Source of the DNA: Planctomycetota bacterium | GTDB lineage: Bacteria > Planctomycetota > GCA-002687715 > DRQF01 | Direction of reading: 5' to 3' | Assembly: GCA_036479435.1 (NCBI GenBank) | Contig: JAZGFI010000018.1 | Span: 1-59,802, forward strand | Length of the DNA stretch: 59,802 bases | Shown here: one piece after another, positions 38,044 to 48,079 of the stretch | How the letters are laid out: each line of letters starts with the position of its first letter | Numbering within the stretch: position 1 is the first letter of the stretch | Program-made: the position numbers and the translations under genes | The notes under the pieces: model-generated | Database searches by the model: none | The model's input: the letters and a program-made list of their open reading frames with translations, nothing else | Told to the model about the DNA's origin: nothing

Positions 38044-39006
38044 TTAGCCATCGGCGGTCCCGAGTCGACGCGTTAGTCGGCGGGTAATCGGGCACAAAGG
38101 AGCCCGCGGCGGCGCAGCAAGGCCTGGCGCGCCGCCCTGGTACCAGCGTGCCGGGATCGGCAGTTCTTGGCGAAGTGCGTCCCGAGAAAAAAGACCCACG
38201 GGGCGGTCTAAGAGTTGGCCACCGAGGATTTCGCCGTCTAGAGGGATAAGGGCAGTGGCGGCAGCGATGCGGGCAACACGGGCCGCTTCCAGACCGAAGT
38301 CTTCGGCCTGGATCTCCAAAAAGAGGTTCTCGGTGACGATAGTCGTTCCTTGGCGATCGATAACTCGAAGCCGGTCGGAGCCCAATGCTTGGTCCTGAAG
38401 GTCAAGTCGCCGCGGGGCTTTGGGCGCCAGCACGAGTTTTTTTTGCCAGAGTCCCAATGCCTTTTCGAGTTCCGAGGGGATCTCGGCTTGAGCGAGCGTG
38501 GATAGGGTCTTTGTCCGGGGATCGAAGAAGAGAATCTCCTCTTCGGCTTCGCGTTGGATAACGGCGTCGAGCGCGCCAAGCTCCGAGCGGTTTGCGCTCG
38601 CTCCGTTCGCGATGTTCCAGCCGATGGGGTGGATGTCGCGGTAAAACAAAAGCGCCAGCGGCTCAACTTCGTCTAACCAGGGAAAGATTCCGCCGCTGGC
38701 GTGTCGAAAACAAAAAGACTCGTGGTGCAAAGTCGTCGTGTCGCCGACGGCGGCCCGGTTTCGAAACTCAGCGGCCCGGGCTTCGAGTTTTTGGCCGGCT
38801 TGTTGGTCGAGCCAAGCCGCGAGGTTTTTCTTGAGCCTACTGTGCGGCAAACAAGGCCTGTCATCGTCCACCGTGATCACGACTTCGAGTCCTTCACCTT
38901 TAAGGCGGCGAAGAGTCAACTCCTGAATCAGCACTTGCAAAAACCCGCCATCGCCCGGGCTGCTTTTTAGTCTTGGAAACTCATTGAGGCAATTCGGGCG
39001 GGTCAT
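38044..39006 (-). CDS. Hypothetical protein with degenerate Nudix-like box
   Basis: GWNIANGASANRSE...IQREAEEEI; ATGA overlap with the upstream GT2 gene. Confidence 0.6.
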   Translation of the reverse strand: MTRPNCLNEFPRLKSSPGDGGFLQVLIQELTLRRLKGEGLEVVITVDDDRPCLPHSRLKKNLAAWLDQQAGQKLEARAAEFRNRAAVGDTTTLHHESFCFRHASGGIFPWLDEVEPLALLFYRDIHPIGWNIANGASANRSELGALDAVIQREAEEEILFFDPRTKTLSTLAQAEIPSELEKALGLWQKKLVLAPKAPRRLDLQDQALGSDRLRVIDRQGTTIVTENLFLEIQAEDFGLEAARVARIAAATALIPLDGEILGGQLLDRPVGLFSRDALRQELPIPARWYQGGAPGLAAPPRAPLCPITRRLTRRLGTADG

Positions 39007-39782
39007 GATCTGGGCCCTCGCCACGCAAAACGAAGATGGCTGAAGGTCGTTCGCAAGACTTTCATTTTCGATTGACCGGCGCGGCGCGTCGAGAGTGTTT
39101 CGGGGATTTCAGCGACGCGGGCGCCGCGTTTTAGCGCGCGCACCATGAATTCTGTGGTCGCGAGAAAACCCGGAGCTTGCGGTCGGATGTGCGGCCAGAG
39201 TGCGGCGCGGTAGACGCGAAAGCCGCAGGTGAAAGTATGCGGGCAGCGGCTCGCGTTCTTGTCGTTGCCAAAGCGGAAGCGGTGCATCGCGTTCGCCGCC
39301 AAAGACGGCCAAAGACGCCGGCCGGTGACCCCCTCGACGCGGCCCCCCGGGATGTAGGGGCTGGCGGAAACAAGGTCGTAGCCTTCTTCGAGCTTTTCGA
39401 TCATCGGCAACAAGGTCGGCAGGGGATAGGCGAGATCAGCATCGGCGGTGGCCAAGTAATGTCGATCGCCAGTTTTGGCTCCCGCCTCGACCTTGAACTC
39501 GGCTTCTACCTTGGTGGCGGCGTCGAATCCCGCGGAAATCGCGGCTCCGAGCCCTCGGCCCGGGTCAAGACTCAAAATTTGCGAGGGGAGAGCGGTCGTT
39601 TGCTGCCAGCTTTGGGCCAAAGATCTCGTCGCGTCTTGGGAGCCATCATCGACCAAGATGACTCGAAACGCCAAATCTGGCCGTTCGGTGCGAATCTGCG
39701 CGTAGAGAGCATCGAGGGCCACAGCGAGTGCCTCAAAGGCCTCGGCTTCGTCGCGCATGGGGATGACGAGGGAAAGCTTCAC
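39003..39782 (-). CDS. Glycosyltransferase family 2 (DPM1/GtrB-like)
   Basis: LSLVIPMRDE, LVDDGSQD, GLGAAI..G, DAD, TCGFRVYR. Confidence 0.9.
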   Translation of the reverse strand: MKLSLVIPMRDEAEAFEALAVALDALYAQIRTERPDLAFRVILVDDGSQDATRSLAQSWQQTTALPSQILSLDPGRGLGAAISAGFDAATKVEAEFKVEAGAKTGDRHYLATADADLAYPLPTLLPMIEKLEEGYDLVSASPYIPGGRVEGVTGRRLWPSLAANAMHRFRFGNDKNASRCPHTFTCGFRVYRAALWPHIRPQAPGFLATTEFMVRALKRGARVAEIPETLSTRRAGQSKMKVLRTTFSHLRFAWRGPRS

Positions 39783-39872
39783 GGGCCGATTGTAGCAGCC
39801 TAAGGGCTCATCAGCAGCCTTGAACGACAAGGCCTTGGTCTTCACAATGGCGCATAACTCTCGGAGCCCTGT

Positions 39873-41171
39873 GTGCCCAACCTTCGCACCTTTCGCCTGC
39901 ACCATCTCGGTTGCAAGGTCAATCAATACGAAACGCAACTCTTGCGCGAAGGCCTCGAGTCACTGGGGATGCACGCCGCTCCCGATGGCGCGGGGAGCGA
40001 CCTGTTTGTGCTGAACACCTGCTCCGTCACCGAGCACAGCGGGACGAAATCGCGTCATGCCTTGCGCCACCAGCAGCGTCTCAATCCGAACGCGGAGATG
40101 TTGGTCACCGGGTGCTACGCCGAATCGGATCGCGAACGCGTCGAAGAGATCGAGGGCGTCACCAGGGCTTTTGGCAACAAAGAAAAGCAAGGCTTGGTTC
40201 CCTGGGTCGCGCGCGAGCTTTTGGGCATGGAGGGTGAACTGCCAGAAATGCCCAAGGGCATCAGCGAGTTCGCCGGGCACACGCGGGCTTTCGTCAAGAT
40301 TCAGGACGGTTGCCGCGATCACTGTACTTTTTGCATCATCCCCGCTTTGCGCGGTGATGTGCAGAGCCGCGGCGAAGAGGAGATTATTGAAGAACTCCTC
40401 CGCCTTGTTGACTCCGGCTACAAAGAGGTGGTCTTCACCGGAATCCATTTAGGCTACTATGGCTTCGATCGGCAGGACCCAGAGGCGATGATGCGGCTGC
40501 TCAGGCGCACGCGGGAGATCCCAGGCCTTAGGCACGCGAAACTCTCAAGCGTCGAAGTCCACGAAATTTCGGACGAGCTGATCGATTTGTTTGCAGAATC
40601 GCCGGACTTTTTCTTGCCGCATTTCCATCTTCCGCTCCAGGCCGGTTGCGACGCAACTTTGAAGCGTATGCGCCGCCGCTACAACGTCGATCGCTTTAGG
40701 CGCAGCGTCGCTCAGCTGCGGGAACGCCTGGACCGACCCGCGATCACCACGGATGTCATCGTCGGCTTCCCCGGGGAAAGTCGCGGCGACTTCGAAGATT
40801 CTTACCGTTTTTGCGAAGAGATGAATTTCGCCAAGATGCATATCTTTCCCTACAGCGTTCGACGGGGCACCCTCGCCGAAACGATGCCGGATCACGTGCC
40901 CCATGAGGTCTTGGCGCAGAATAAGCGGCTTTTGGCTGATCTCGATGACGCGATGGCCAGCGAATTCCGCGAGCTGTGGGTCGGATCCGAGGTTCCGGCG
41001 CTCATTGAGGGCCGCCGGAATCCCCAAACCGGCCAGTTGACCGGCCTCAGTGACCGCTTTGTCCGGGTCGATTTTGACGGCGGTGATGAGCTGATGAACG
41101 AGATCATCCCCATCCGGGTCAAAAACAACGGAGTTGACCGAGTCTTGGGCCAAAGAGTGCTCAGAACTTGA
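39873..41171 (+). CDS. mtaB: tRNA t6A37 methylthiotransferase
   Basis: LGCKVNQYE, NTCSVT, KIQDGCRDHCTFC (radical SAM), TDVIVGFPGE, HIFPYS.R.GT. Confidence 0.92.
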   Translation: MPNLRTFRLHHLGCKVNQYETQLLREGLESLGMHAAPDGAGSDLFVLNTCSVTEHSGTKSRHALRHQQRLNPNAEMLVTGCYAESDRERVEEIEGVTRAFGNKEKQGLVPWVARELLGMEGELPEMPKGISEFAGHTRAFVKIQDGCRDHCTFCIIPALRGDVQSRGEEEIIEELLRLVDSGYKEVVFTGIHLGYYGFDRQDPEAMMRLLRRTREIPGLRHAKLSSVEVHEISDELIDLFAESPDFFLPHFHLPLQAGCDATLKRMRRRYNVDRFRRSVAQLRERLDRPAITTDVIVGFPGESRGDFEDSYRFCEEMNFAKMHIFPYSVRRGTLAETMPDHVPHEVLAQNKRLLADLDDAMASEFRELWVGSEVPALIEGRRNPQTGQLTGLSDRFVRVDFDGGDELMNEIIPIRVKNNGVDRVLGQRVLRT

Positions 41172-41197
41172 CCTTGGGAATCGCTGCCGTCTATAGT
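41168..41197 (+). promoter_or_regulatory. Putative sigma70 promoter of the pilM-like operon
   Basis: TTGACC-18-TATAGT. Confidence 0.5.
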
Positions 41198-41252
41198 CCG
41201 GCGCTGGCTAGCGCTTCGCTCGTTCCGTTCGGAAAAAGGGTCTCGTAACTCG

Positions 41253-43016
41253 ATGGCTGATTTGCCCGTTTGGGGTATCCACATCACCACCGCTTCTATT
41301 CGCGGCGTGAAGATCGTCCGCGATGGCGGTGATATGCGCATTGTCGCCCACGATCAGGTCGATTTTGCCGAAGATATTGACGACATCGAGAGCCTCGAGC
41401 GGCACGGGGCCCTCGCCCACGCCCTTTTTGTCTTCGCCAAACGGCATGACCTGTCGAAGAGCCGCGTGGTGATTAGCGTTGACGCCTCGACGGCCTTCAA
41501 TCGCTACGTCGAGACCCCGATGGTCGAAGGCGAAAGCATGATGCGCTTGTTGGAGTACGAGGCGCAGCAGCAGATTCCCTTCGATCTCGATGGTGTCCAC
41601 TGGGGCCACAAGGTTCTCAATTTAGATCACGACGCGAACATCGCGCACATCATGCTCTTCGCGATCAAGAAAGAGGTCGTGGACGAGCGTTTGCGTCGCA
41701 TGGCCAAAGTCCGGTTTCCCGTCGACCAAGTTCAGATCTCACCGATCGCGCTCTTTAACTACGCGGCTTATGAAGGCTTGGCAAAAGACGGCTACGCGCT
41801 CATTAGCGTCGATTATGACCGTTCTGACGTGGTGATCTCTCATCGCGGTCGCTTTTGGTTTAGGTCCCTGCCGACCGGGGTCTTCTCCTATGTCGAGGCG
41901 ATCCGCGAGAGCATTGAGCCTCGCCATCGCGCCGCGGTGCGCATCGGTCGCGGGGAAGTGAAACCTGAGGACCCGAAAGCCTTCAAAGAGGTGCGAGACG
42001 CCTACACGGAGCGTTTAGCCTCCGAACTCTCTCGCATGATCGAGTACTACCGGGGCACGCTCCGCGACGTCGATCTGAAGGGCATCGTGTTGCTACCCGC
42101 GAGTCGCCTCGTTCCTTCGATCGGAAGCTATTTGAAAGAAGCGACGGGGCTTGAGGTTTACGCGGTCAAGTCTTTCCGCAAACTGAAAATCGATCCGGGG
42201 ATTGTCACCCCGGAAATTGAGCGACACACCGCAAGTTTTGCTCACGCCGCTGGCCTCGCCTTGCAGGGTCACAACGAAGCCGAAGTTGACGTCAAACTTT
42301 ATGACCCCAGCATTGAACGCGATATCGGGGTGCGAAAGGTGTTTTACGCGCTCTCGATTTTCGGGGTTTTTGCCCTGGTCGGGTGGCTGTGGTGGCAGAG
42401 TTCCAAACGAGTGGAACAGCTCAATAGCGCTCAAAAGGCCCTCTTGGACCAAGTCGGCCAGGCGGACGCCCAGACGCAGAAGTTCGAGAAACACCGCCGC
42501 GAGCTGGACATCAGCGATGAGCTGGCTCCCTATCAAAGCGCTAGCCGCGGCCGCGAGGCCGCTTTGAAAGCCGTCGAAGATGTCTTGGCGGCTATTGAGG
42601 CTGAGGCCGCGCCGAAAGGGCCAGACGATCGCACTTATTTGCTGCGGATTGAGACCAAGCCGGCTGATTTTGCTGAGGGTCGCGCCTTGGGACGACGACG
42701 GGTTCAATTGCGGTTGGGACGACTCGATCGACCTGGTGTCGATAGCGCGGCCGCGATCATGAGCGGCGTGATCGCTCGCTTGAAGTCGAACGGCCGCGTC
42801 TCCGACGTCATCGAAAAGAACCGCTACCAGGCACCGAGCTTGATGGGCTTGCCGATGTCAGAATCTGTCGGCAAGACGAAAATCCTTCGTCGGCGCTTTA
42901 CGGTGATCGACTACCAGTTTGTGTATAAGGCGCCAGAGCCGGCCGTCAAGGCCCCCGAGTCTGCCGTTAAGACCGCGGAACCGGCTGGTTCGGTTGAGCG
43001 CGGAGCCGGATCATGA
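41253..43016 (+). CDS. pilM: PilM-like actin-fold protein fused to TM + PilN-like region
   Basis: WGIHIT, YEAQQQIPFDLD, LFAIKK, ISPIALFN, AAGLALQG, then a TM and coiled coil. Confidence 0.75.
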   Translation: MADLPVWGIHITTASIRGVKIVRDGGDMRIVAHDQVDFAEDIDDIESLERHGALAHALFVFAKRHDLSKSRVVISVDASTAFNRYVETPMVEGESMMRLLEYEAQQQIPFDLDGVHWGHKVLNLDHDANIAHIMLFAIKKEVVDERLRRMAKVRFPVDQVQISPIALFNYAAYEGLAKDGYALISVDYDRSDVVISHRGRFWFRSLPTGVFSYVEAIRESIEPRHRAAVRIGRGEVKPEDPKAFKEVRDAYTERLASELSRMIEYYRGTLRDVDLKGIVLLPASRLVPSIGSYLKEATGLEVYAVKSFRKLKIDPGIVTPEIERHTASFAHAAGLALQGHNEAEVDVKLYDPSIERDIGVRKVFYALSIFGVFALVGWLWWQSSKRVEQLNSAQKALLDQVGQADAQTQKFEKHRRELDISDELAPYQSASRGREAALKAVEDVLAAIEAEAAPKGPDDRTYLLRIETKPADFAEGRALGRRRVQLRLGRLDRPGVDSAAAIMSGVIARLKSNGRVSDVIEKNRYQAPSLMGLPMSESVGKTKILRRRFTVIDYQFVYKAPEPAVKAPESAVKTAEPAGSVERGAGS

Positions 43017-43873
43017 CGCGCTACCGCTTTTGGATCCTGTTTGGGGCCTGCGTGGTTGCGGCGGGGGCGGTTTGGTTTTTGTCAGTGCCTAAAAAGCTCG
43101 ATCAGATCGAGGCTCGTGCCTCGGATTTGCATTCTCTCGCGCAGCGCGCCGATGATCTCGCCCCCCGAGCTGTCGGCGCTAAGACCCTTGGGGCTCAGGA
43201 GTTCGCCCTCAACGCCGCCCGCAAGGACCTCGGTGATCTACAATCTGAGTTCCTCGATCGCGATGCGCAAAACCTCGACCTTTGGTTCCCCGAGCTCAAG
43301 ACTTCTTGGGCCCGGCGGCCCTCGGCGGTCGATTTTAAGCGCTATTATTTAGTCAGCACCGATGATTTGAGGCGGGTTTTGGTGACGGCGGCCGAGCAAC
43401 TGGGTGCCAAGAGTGCGGTGGCGGCGCTCATTGAGTATTCCTGGATGAAGGGCGATGAGCTGCCGCCCCCGGCCGATCTGCGCGATCTGCAGCGCGAGTT
43501 TTGGGTGCAAGATCGCCTGTTCCGCGCCGCGGCGCGATACGGTGCCTTGCCGGTGAAGCCCATGGAAGTTGGCGCAGCCGAAACGGCCGTCGGCCTCGGT
43601 AAAAGGTTGTTTGCCCGTCGGCCCTACCGGCTTTTCATGGAAGTGCCCACCGTCGAGTTGCGCCGGTTGCTCCACGCTTTTGATGGGCCCTTCAAGGACC
43701 CGAGTGCGGCGCGTATCGGGGGCACAGTCGGCATGCGAGTGCTCGTTAACCAGGTTGGGGTTAGCCGCTTGAAGCTCGACCGCGACGTCGCGGAGGGTTT
43801 GAGCCGTGGGACCCGCGTCCAAGTTACTTTCGATTTGACCGTCCTTGATTTCGAACTCCCGAAGGAGGGCTGA
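43013..43873 (+). CDS. PilO-like bitopic membrane protein
   Basis: N-terminal TM, coiled coil, LQREFWVQ, ferredoxin-like C-terminus; coupled to the pilM-like gene. Confidence 0.55.
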   Translation: MTRYRFWILFGACVVAAGAVWFLSVPKKLDQIEARASDLHSLAQRADDLAPRAVGAKTLGAQEFALNAARKDLGDLQSEFLDRDAQNLDLWFPELKTSWARRPSAVDFKRYYLVSTDDLRRVLVTAAEQLGAKSAVAALIEYSWMKGDELPPPADLRDLQREFWVQDRLFRAAARYGALPVKPMEVGAAETAVGLGKRLFARRPYRLFMEVPTVELRRLLHAFDGPFKDPSAARIGGTVGMRVLVNQVGVSRLKLDRDVAEGLSRGTRVQVTFDLTVLDFELPKEG

Positions 43874-43876
43874 GTT

Positions 43877-44890
43877 GTGAAACTCCTCCTCGACAATCTC
43901 GATATCTTGTTGTTCGCGCTGGTTGTCGCCACGCTGGGCGCGGTCGTGGGGCTCGGCATCGGAAGTGGAGCGAAAGCCAGTGCCTCGGCGCTTGAGCGCG
44001 CCGAGACCTCCAGTGCCGCCTTGGACTCCGCGCTCGAAACCGACCGTTTTCAAAAAACTGAGCTGGCGACCGAGTTAGCCGGCTTGACCAACACGGCTCA
44101 GGGCATCCGCACTGGCTGGAGTGAGGGACCGCGCCCAAAAGATCTCGCTGCGGGGCTTTTTTACCACCCCGGTTCGCTGACGGATGCCAAGGATGGCCGC
44201 GAACTAGAGATTCGCTTCCAGGCACCTCGCGCCCTTGAGATTGAACCTTTGGTGGGCGGGATTCGGGTGACTTGGGAGTTGAACAACTTGAGCACGGTCG
44301 TGGCGAACGGATTCGTCCTCTACCGAAAAAGCGGCGACGAAAAGTCTTCCGCGCTCGTGAAACTCGGAGCCGAGGCCCGAGAGTATTTCGACCGCGCGGT
44401 TCAACCCGGTACGCTCTACAGCTACGAAGTGACCGCGGTATCGTCCGATCCGGTGTTGGCGCGCCTTCAACAAAGTGAGTCTCCGCGCTCACGGGCCGTA
44501 CACGCTCGCCCCAAACGGGACTACGAAGTCGCCTTGTTGGACTGGATCCCGGCCGAAAAACGTGCCCGCGTCATGATTCGCAAGTTCAGCGACGGCGTCT
44601 GGCACGAAAAACAGTTCGATGCCCGTGAGGACACGGACTTGGGGCAAAAAGATGTGGGCTCCGGTGTCGACTACCGCACCAACTGCCACATCCAAAAGAT
44701 CACCAGCGGCGTTGAGTTTGTCGAGCAGTCGCGTCTCGAGGTTTTATTCGACATCGCGGGGCGAGTCCTTTTCGATGAAGAGGGCAAGCTGCGGCGCCGC
44801 GAAACAACCTATATTCGAGAGCGACAAGTTGTGACTTTGGAGTATCGAAATGAGCTGGGGCAAAAAGAGAAGTTGATTCTCAAGCGCTAG
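43877..44890 (+). CDS. Membrane-anchored protein with fibronectin type III domain
   Basis: N-terminal TM; APRALE..IRVTW..GFVLYR..YFD..YSYEVTAV FN3 pattern. Confidence 0.7.
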   Translation: MKLLLDNLDILLFALVVATLGAVVGLGIGSGAKASASALERAETSSAALDSALETDRFQKTELATELAGLTNTAQGIRTGWSEGPRPKDLAAGLFYHPGSLTDAKDGRELEIRFQAPRALEIEPLVGGIRVTWELNNLSTVVANGFVLYRKSGDEKSSALVKLGAEAREYFDRAVQPGTLYSYEVTAVSSDPVLARLQQSESPRSRAVHARPKRDYEVALLDWIPAEKRARVMIRKFSDGVWHEKQFDAREDTDLGQKDVGSGVDYRTNCHIQKITSGVEFVEQSRLEVLFDIAGRVLFDEEGKLRRRETTYIRERQVVTLEYRNELGQKEKLILKR

Positions 44891-45059
44891 TTAAAATCGT
44901 TAGTCTGCGCGCCGATGACACTTTTTGGCTGCTTTCGCAAAAGAGCGCAAAAGTTCTCGCGCGCAGTGAGTGGGTCCAAACGCCTCGTTTTTCCCAAGAC
45001 ATGGTTTGGTCAGTATTTGCGGTGTTGGAGATGTGACGGATGCAGAAAGCCTCGGAGGC

Positions 45060-45087
45060 TTGCATCGTTGGAGGTCACCCCTATAAT
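45060..45087 (+). promoter_or_regulatory. Putative sigma70 promoter of secretin 1
   Basis: TTGCAT-16-TATAAT. Confidence 0.6.
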
Positions 45088-45201
45088 TCGCCTCGATACG
45101 CGGAGAAATCTCAAGGAGCGACCGGTCTATTGACCCCGACGACCCCGATGACGATCGACGGGGCCGGGTCCATGGTCGCTGATGGAAGACGGGAGAAGTA
45201 G

Positions 45202-47808
45202 ATGATCCTTTCCAAGACGTCGTACCTGACGGGTGCCGTCCTGACTGGCCTCGCACTGTTCGTTACGGCTTGCGGTAGTTCGCAACAGCAGTACGACAGC
45301 GAGCCGACGACGATGAGTTCCAGTTCGACGAATTCGAGCATGTCCAGCATGTCGAATGCACATATATCGACGCCTCCAAACACCCAAGACGGAACGGCGC
45401 TGGGGATGGAGGCTGCTGACCAAGAGCGTCGCAAAGCCACCGTCCGCGCTCTCGTTGAAAAAGCGAACGCCGCGGCCAACGCGGGACGCCACGAAGAGGC
45501 GCGCGACTTCTACCGTCAAGCGACGAATTACGACCCCACCAACCTCGACGCGTCGGATGGCTACCTCCGGATGACTCGTTTGGTCAACGGGGGCACGTCG
45601 GTCTCGGGCGGCGCGATGCAGGAGATGACGGCCAAGGAACAGGCTCGCACCCAAAAGGCGATCTTCCTGCACCGTCAAGGTCTCGAAGCCCTTGGTCGCG
45701 GCGAGTATGACGACGCCGTCAGCAGTCTCGACCAGTCCTATCAGCTGCTCAAGTTTGGCCCCCGCGCCAACACGACGCTTACCGCCGATGCGGTCAAAAA
45801 CGCCCTCGACGCGGCCCGCGATCAGCGCGACCGTTTTGAGCGTGGTGAATCCGAAAGGCTTCAAACGGCCGCGGCCAAGGCCGAACGGATTGCCGCCGAC
45901 AAGGAGCGTTTGAGGCTCGACCGCAAGATCCGCGATCTCTACGAAAACCTCTTCGACCGCATCGAAGCCGAGCAGTACGCTCGCGCCGAGCACATCGCGG
46001 ACGCGATCATTAGGCTCGCGCCCCGCGATGAAGATGCGAAGAAGCTTCGCGCTCAGGCTCGCAAGGCCCGCTTGGCCCTGCAGAACCGCGAGAACGTCGC
46101 CAACACCATGGAGGAGACTCAAATCCTCCTCCAAGAAGCCAAGATCAGGATGATCCCGCAGGCGCAAGATATAATCTTCCCTGATGATTGGGCCCGCATT
46201 AAGGCTCGCCAGCCGCGCACGATCTCCGATTCCTCGGAACAGATCAGCGAGAGTGACCGCACAGTCGCCAACAAGCTCGCAGCCGCCGTGCTGCCGCGCG
46301 TCGATTGGAATGGCAAGACGCTCGACGAAGTCGTCGATGAAATCCGCACTCAGGCCGACGTCAACGTCTACGTGACGCCCAGTGCCAAGACCACGGCCGA
46401 AGACGCCGGTGAACTCTCGCTTGAGTTCACCCAGGTCTCCGCGGACTACGCATTGAAAGCGGCCCTCGAGCAGCTCGGCGTGGTCTACAAAGTCGAAAAC
46501 GGTTTGGTTCGCGTGCAGACGACCGAAGAGTCAGGCAAGTACAAAGTCGTCGAGTTCTACGACGTCAAAGACCTCACCAACCCGATTCAGTCCTTCCCGG
46601 GCGTGGCTTTGAACTTGAACCCCTCCGGCGTCGACCTCAGCGAAGAAGAGGAAGACGATGCCGAGCCCAACTCGGCGATCGAGATGGAACGCCTGATAGA
46701 ACTCATCAAGCGCGCCGTCGATCCGAACTGGGATGAAGACGGTGGCAACCGCCTCGACCCGAAGAACGGCACCCTCATCGTTCGCCAGACTCCGGAAAAA
46801 CAACGTCTCGTTCGCCGGCTCCTCGATGATCTGCGCCGCAACACCGGCATCCAGGTCGCGATCGAAGCGCGCTTCGTTCAAATCGAAAACAACTTCCTTC
46901 AAGACATCGGCGTTGACCTTCGCGGTCTCGGTGATGACAGCGGTGGCGTTGGCGTCCCAGGTGTTGGCACCAACAACCCCTTCGATGACTTCGGCATTCC
47001 GGGTGGTTCCGGCGTCGGCACGCCCGCCATTCCCGGTGGCATCGGCACCGGCACTGACTCGGGAGTGTTCTTTTCAGATCGCAACGGCGACACCAATGTC
47101 CGGGCTCGTACCGAAAACCTCTTCGACGAGGTGCTCGGCGATCCCAACACCTTGGACAACAGTGGCGGTCTTAGCTTCCAATTTGCCTATCTCGATGATG
47201 TGCAACTCGAAGCGATCTTGCGCGCCGTGCAAAAGTACGAGCGCATCAACTCGGTAACGGCGCCCCGCTTGTTGGTCTACAACACGCAGCGCGCCAACCT
47301 CACCGTCTTGAACGAAGTCAGCTACATCAAAGACTTCGACGTCGAAATCGCCCAGGCCTCGGTTATCGCCGACCCCATCGTCGACAAGATTCGCGAAGGT
47401 GTGGTTTTGGATGTGCGCCCGATCGTTTCCCACGATCGCCGCTTCATCACTTTGGAGTTGCGGCCCACGGTTGCGACTTTGGTGCGCCCGATTCGCCGCT
47501 TTACGACCAACCTCGCGGTTGGTTCGGCGGTCACGATTCAGCTCCCCGAACTCCGCAAGCAACAGGTCAACACCACGGTCGTGATGCCCGACGGCGGAAC
47601 TTTGTTGCTCGGTGGTTTGAAATTCGCTTCCGAGCAGTCGCTCGATTCGGGTGTCCCCTTTCTGAAGGACATCCCGATCCTCTCCTTCTTCTTCTCGCGC
47701 AAGGGTAAGTCGACCACCCAGCGTGACGTGATCATCCTTTTGAAGGCCAAGATCATCATCATGGAAGAGTTGGAGCCAGGCGCTCGCGATGGATCGTTGA
47801 TCCACTAA
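45202..47808 (+). CDS. Secretin 1 (type II/III secretin family lipoprotein with N-terminal TPRs)
   Basis: Lipobox VTAC; QVAIEARFV, APRLLVYNTQRA, GVVLDVRP, TTVVMPDGGTLLLGG, GVPFLKDIPIL. Confidence 0.9.
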   Translation: MILSKTSYLTGAVLTGLALFVTACGSSQQQYDSEPTTMSSSSTNSSMSSMSNAHISTPPNTQDGTALGMEAADQERRKATVRALVEKANAAANAGRHEEARDFYRQATNYDPTNLDASDGYLRMTRLVNGGTSVSGGAMQEMTAKEQARTQKAIFLHRQGLEALGRGEYDDAVSSLDQSYQLLKFGPRANTTLTADAVKNALDAARDQRDRFERGESERLQTAAAKAERIAADKERLRLDRKIRDLYENLFDRIEAEQYARAEHIADAIIRLAPRDEDAKKLRAQARKARLALQNRENVANTMEETQILLQEAKIRMIPQAQDIIFPDDWARIKARQPRTISDSSEQISESDRTVANKLAAAVLPRVDWNGKTLDEVVDEIRTQADVNVYVTPSAKTTAEDAGELSLEFTQVSADYALKAALEQLGVVYKVENGLVRVQTTEESGKYKVVEFYDVKDLTNPIQSFPGVALNLNPSGVDLSEEEEDDAEPNSAIEMERLIELIKRAVDPNWDEDGGNRLDPKNGTLIVRQTPEKQRLVRRLLDDLRRNTGIQVAIEARFVQIENNFLQDIGVDLRGLGDDSGGVGVPGVGTNNPFDDFGIPGGSGVGTPAIPGGIGTGTDSGVFFSDRNGDTNVRARTENLFDEVLGDPNTLDNSGGLSFQFAYLDDVQLEAILRAVQKYERINSVTAPRLLVYNTQRANLTVLNEVSYIKDFDVEIAQASVIADPIVDKIREGVVLDVRPIVSHDRRFITLELRPTVATLVRPIRRFTTNLAVGSAVTIQLPELRKQQVNTTVVMPDGGTLLLGGLKFASEQSLDSGVPFLKDIPILSFFFSRKGKSTTQRDVIILLKAKIIIMEELEPGARDGSLIH

Positions 47809-47820
47809 ACGCCTCATCTC

Positions 47821-47859
47821 AAAAAGGCCCCTTTCGCACGCGCGAAAGGGGCCTTTTTT
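47821..47859. terminator. Strong (bidirectional-type) intrinsic terminator
   Basis: AAAAAGGCCCCTTTCGC-ACGC-GCGAAAGGGGCCTTTTTT. Confidence 0.9.
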
Positions 47860-48079
47860 GAGTCTTCCACCTGTTGCTCAGGCCTATCCGCCGGCAGCCG
47901 GCGAGGTCTGAGATGGAAAAAGGCTCAATTTTCCAATTTTGTGTGAAACGGACTTTGCCTGAACCTTCAAGCTTTGGGATCGGTTTGCTATGTTCCCTCC
48001 CAAGCCCGTCCGTTCCGGTTTTCCCGCCGGTCAAGGATTCGTTCCCGACCAACACAGTTTGTACTCTGAGGATCCGATC

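Noticed and set aside
41253..43016. Calling this gene ftsA
   Set aside because: The YEAQQQIPF motif, fused TM/PilN-like part and PilO/secretin context indicate the PilM family.
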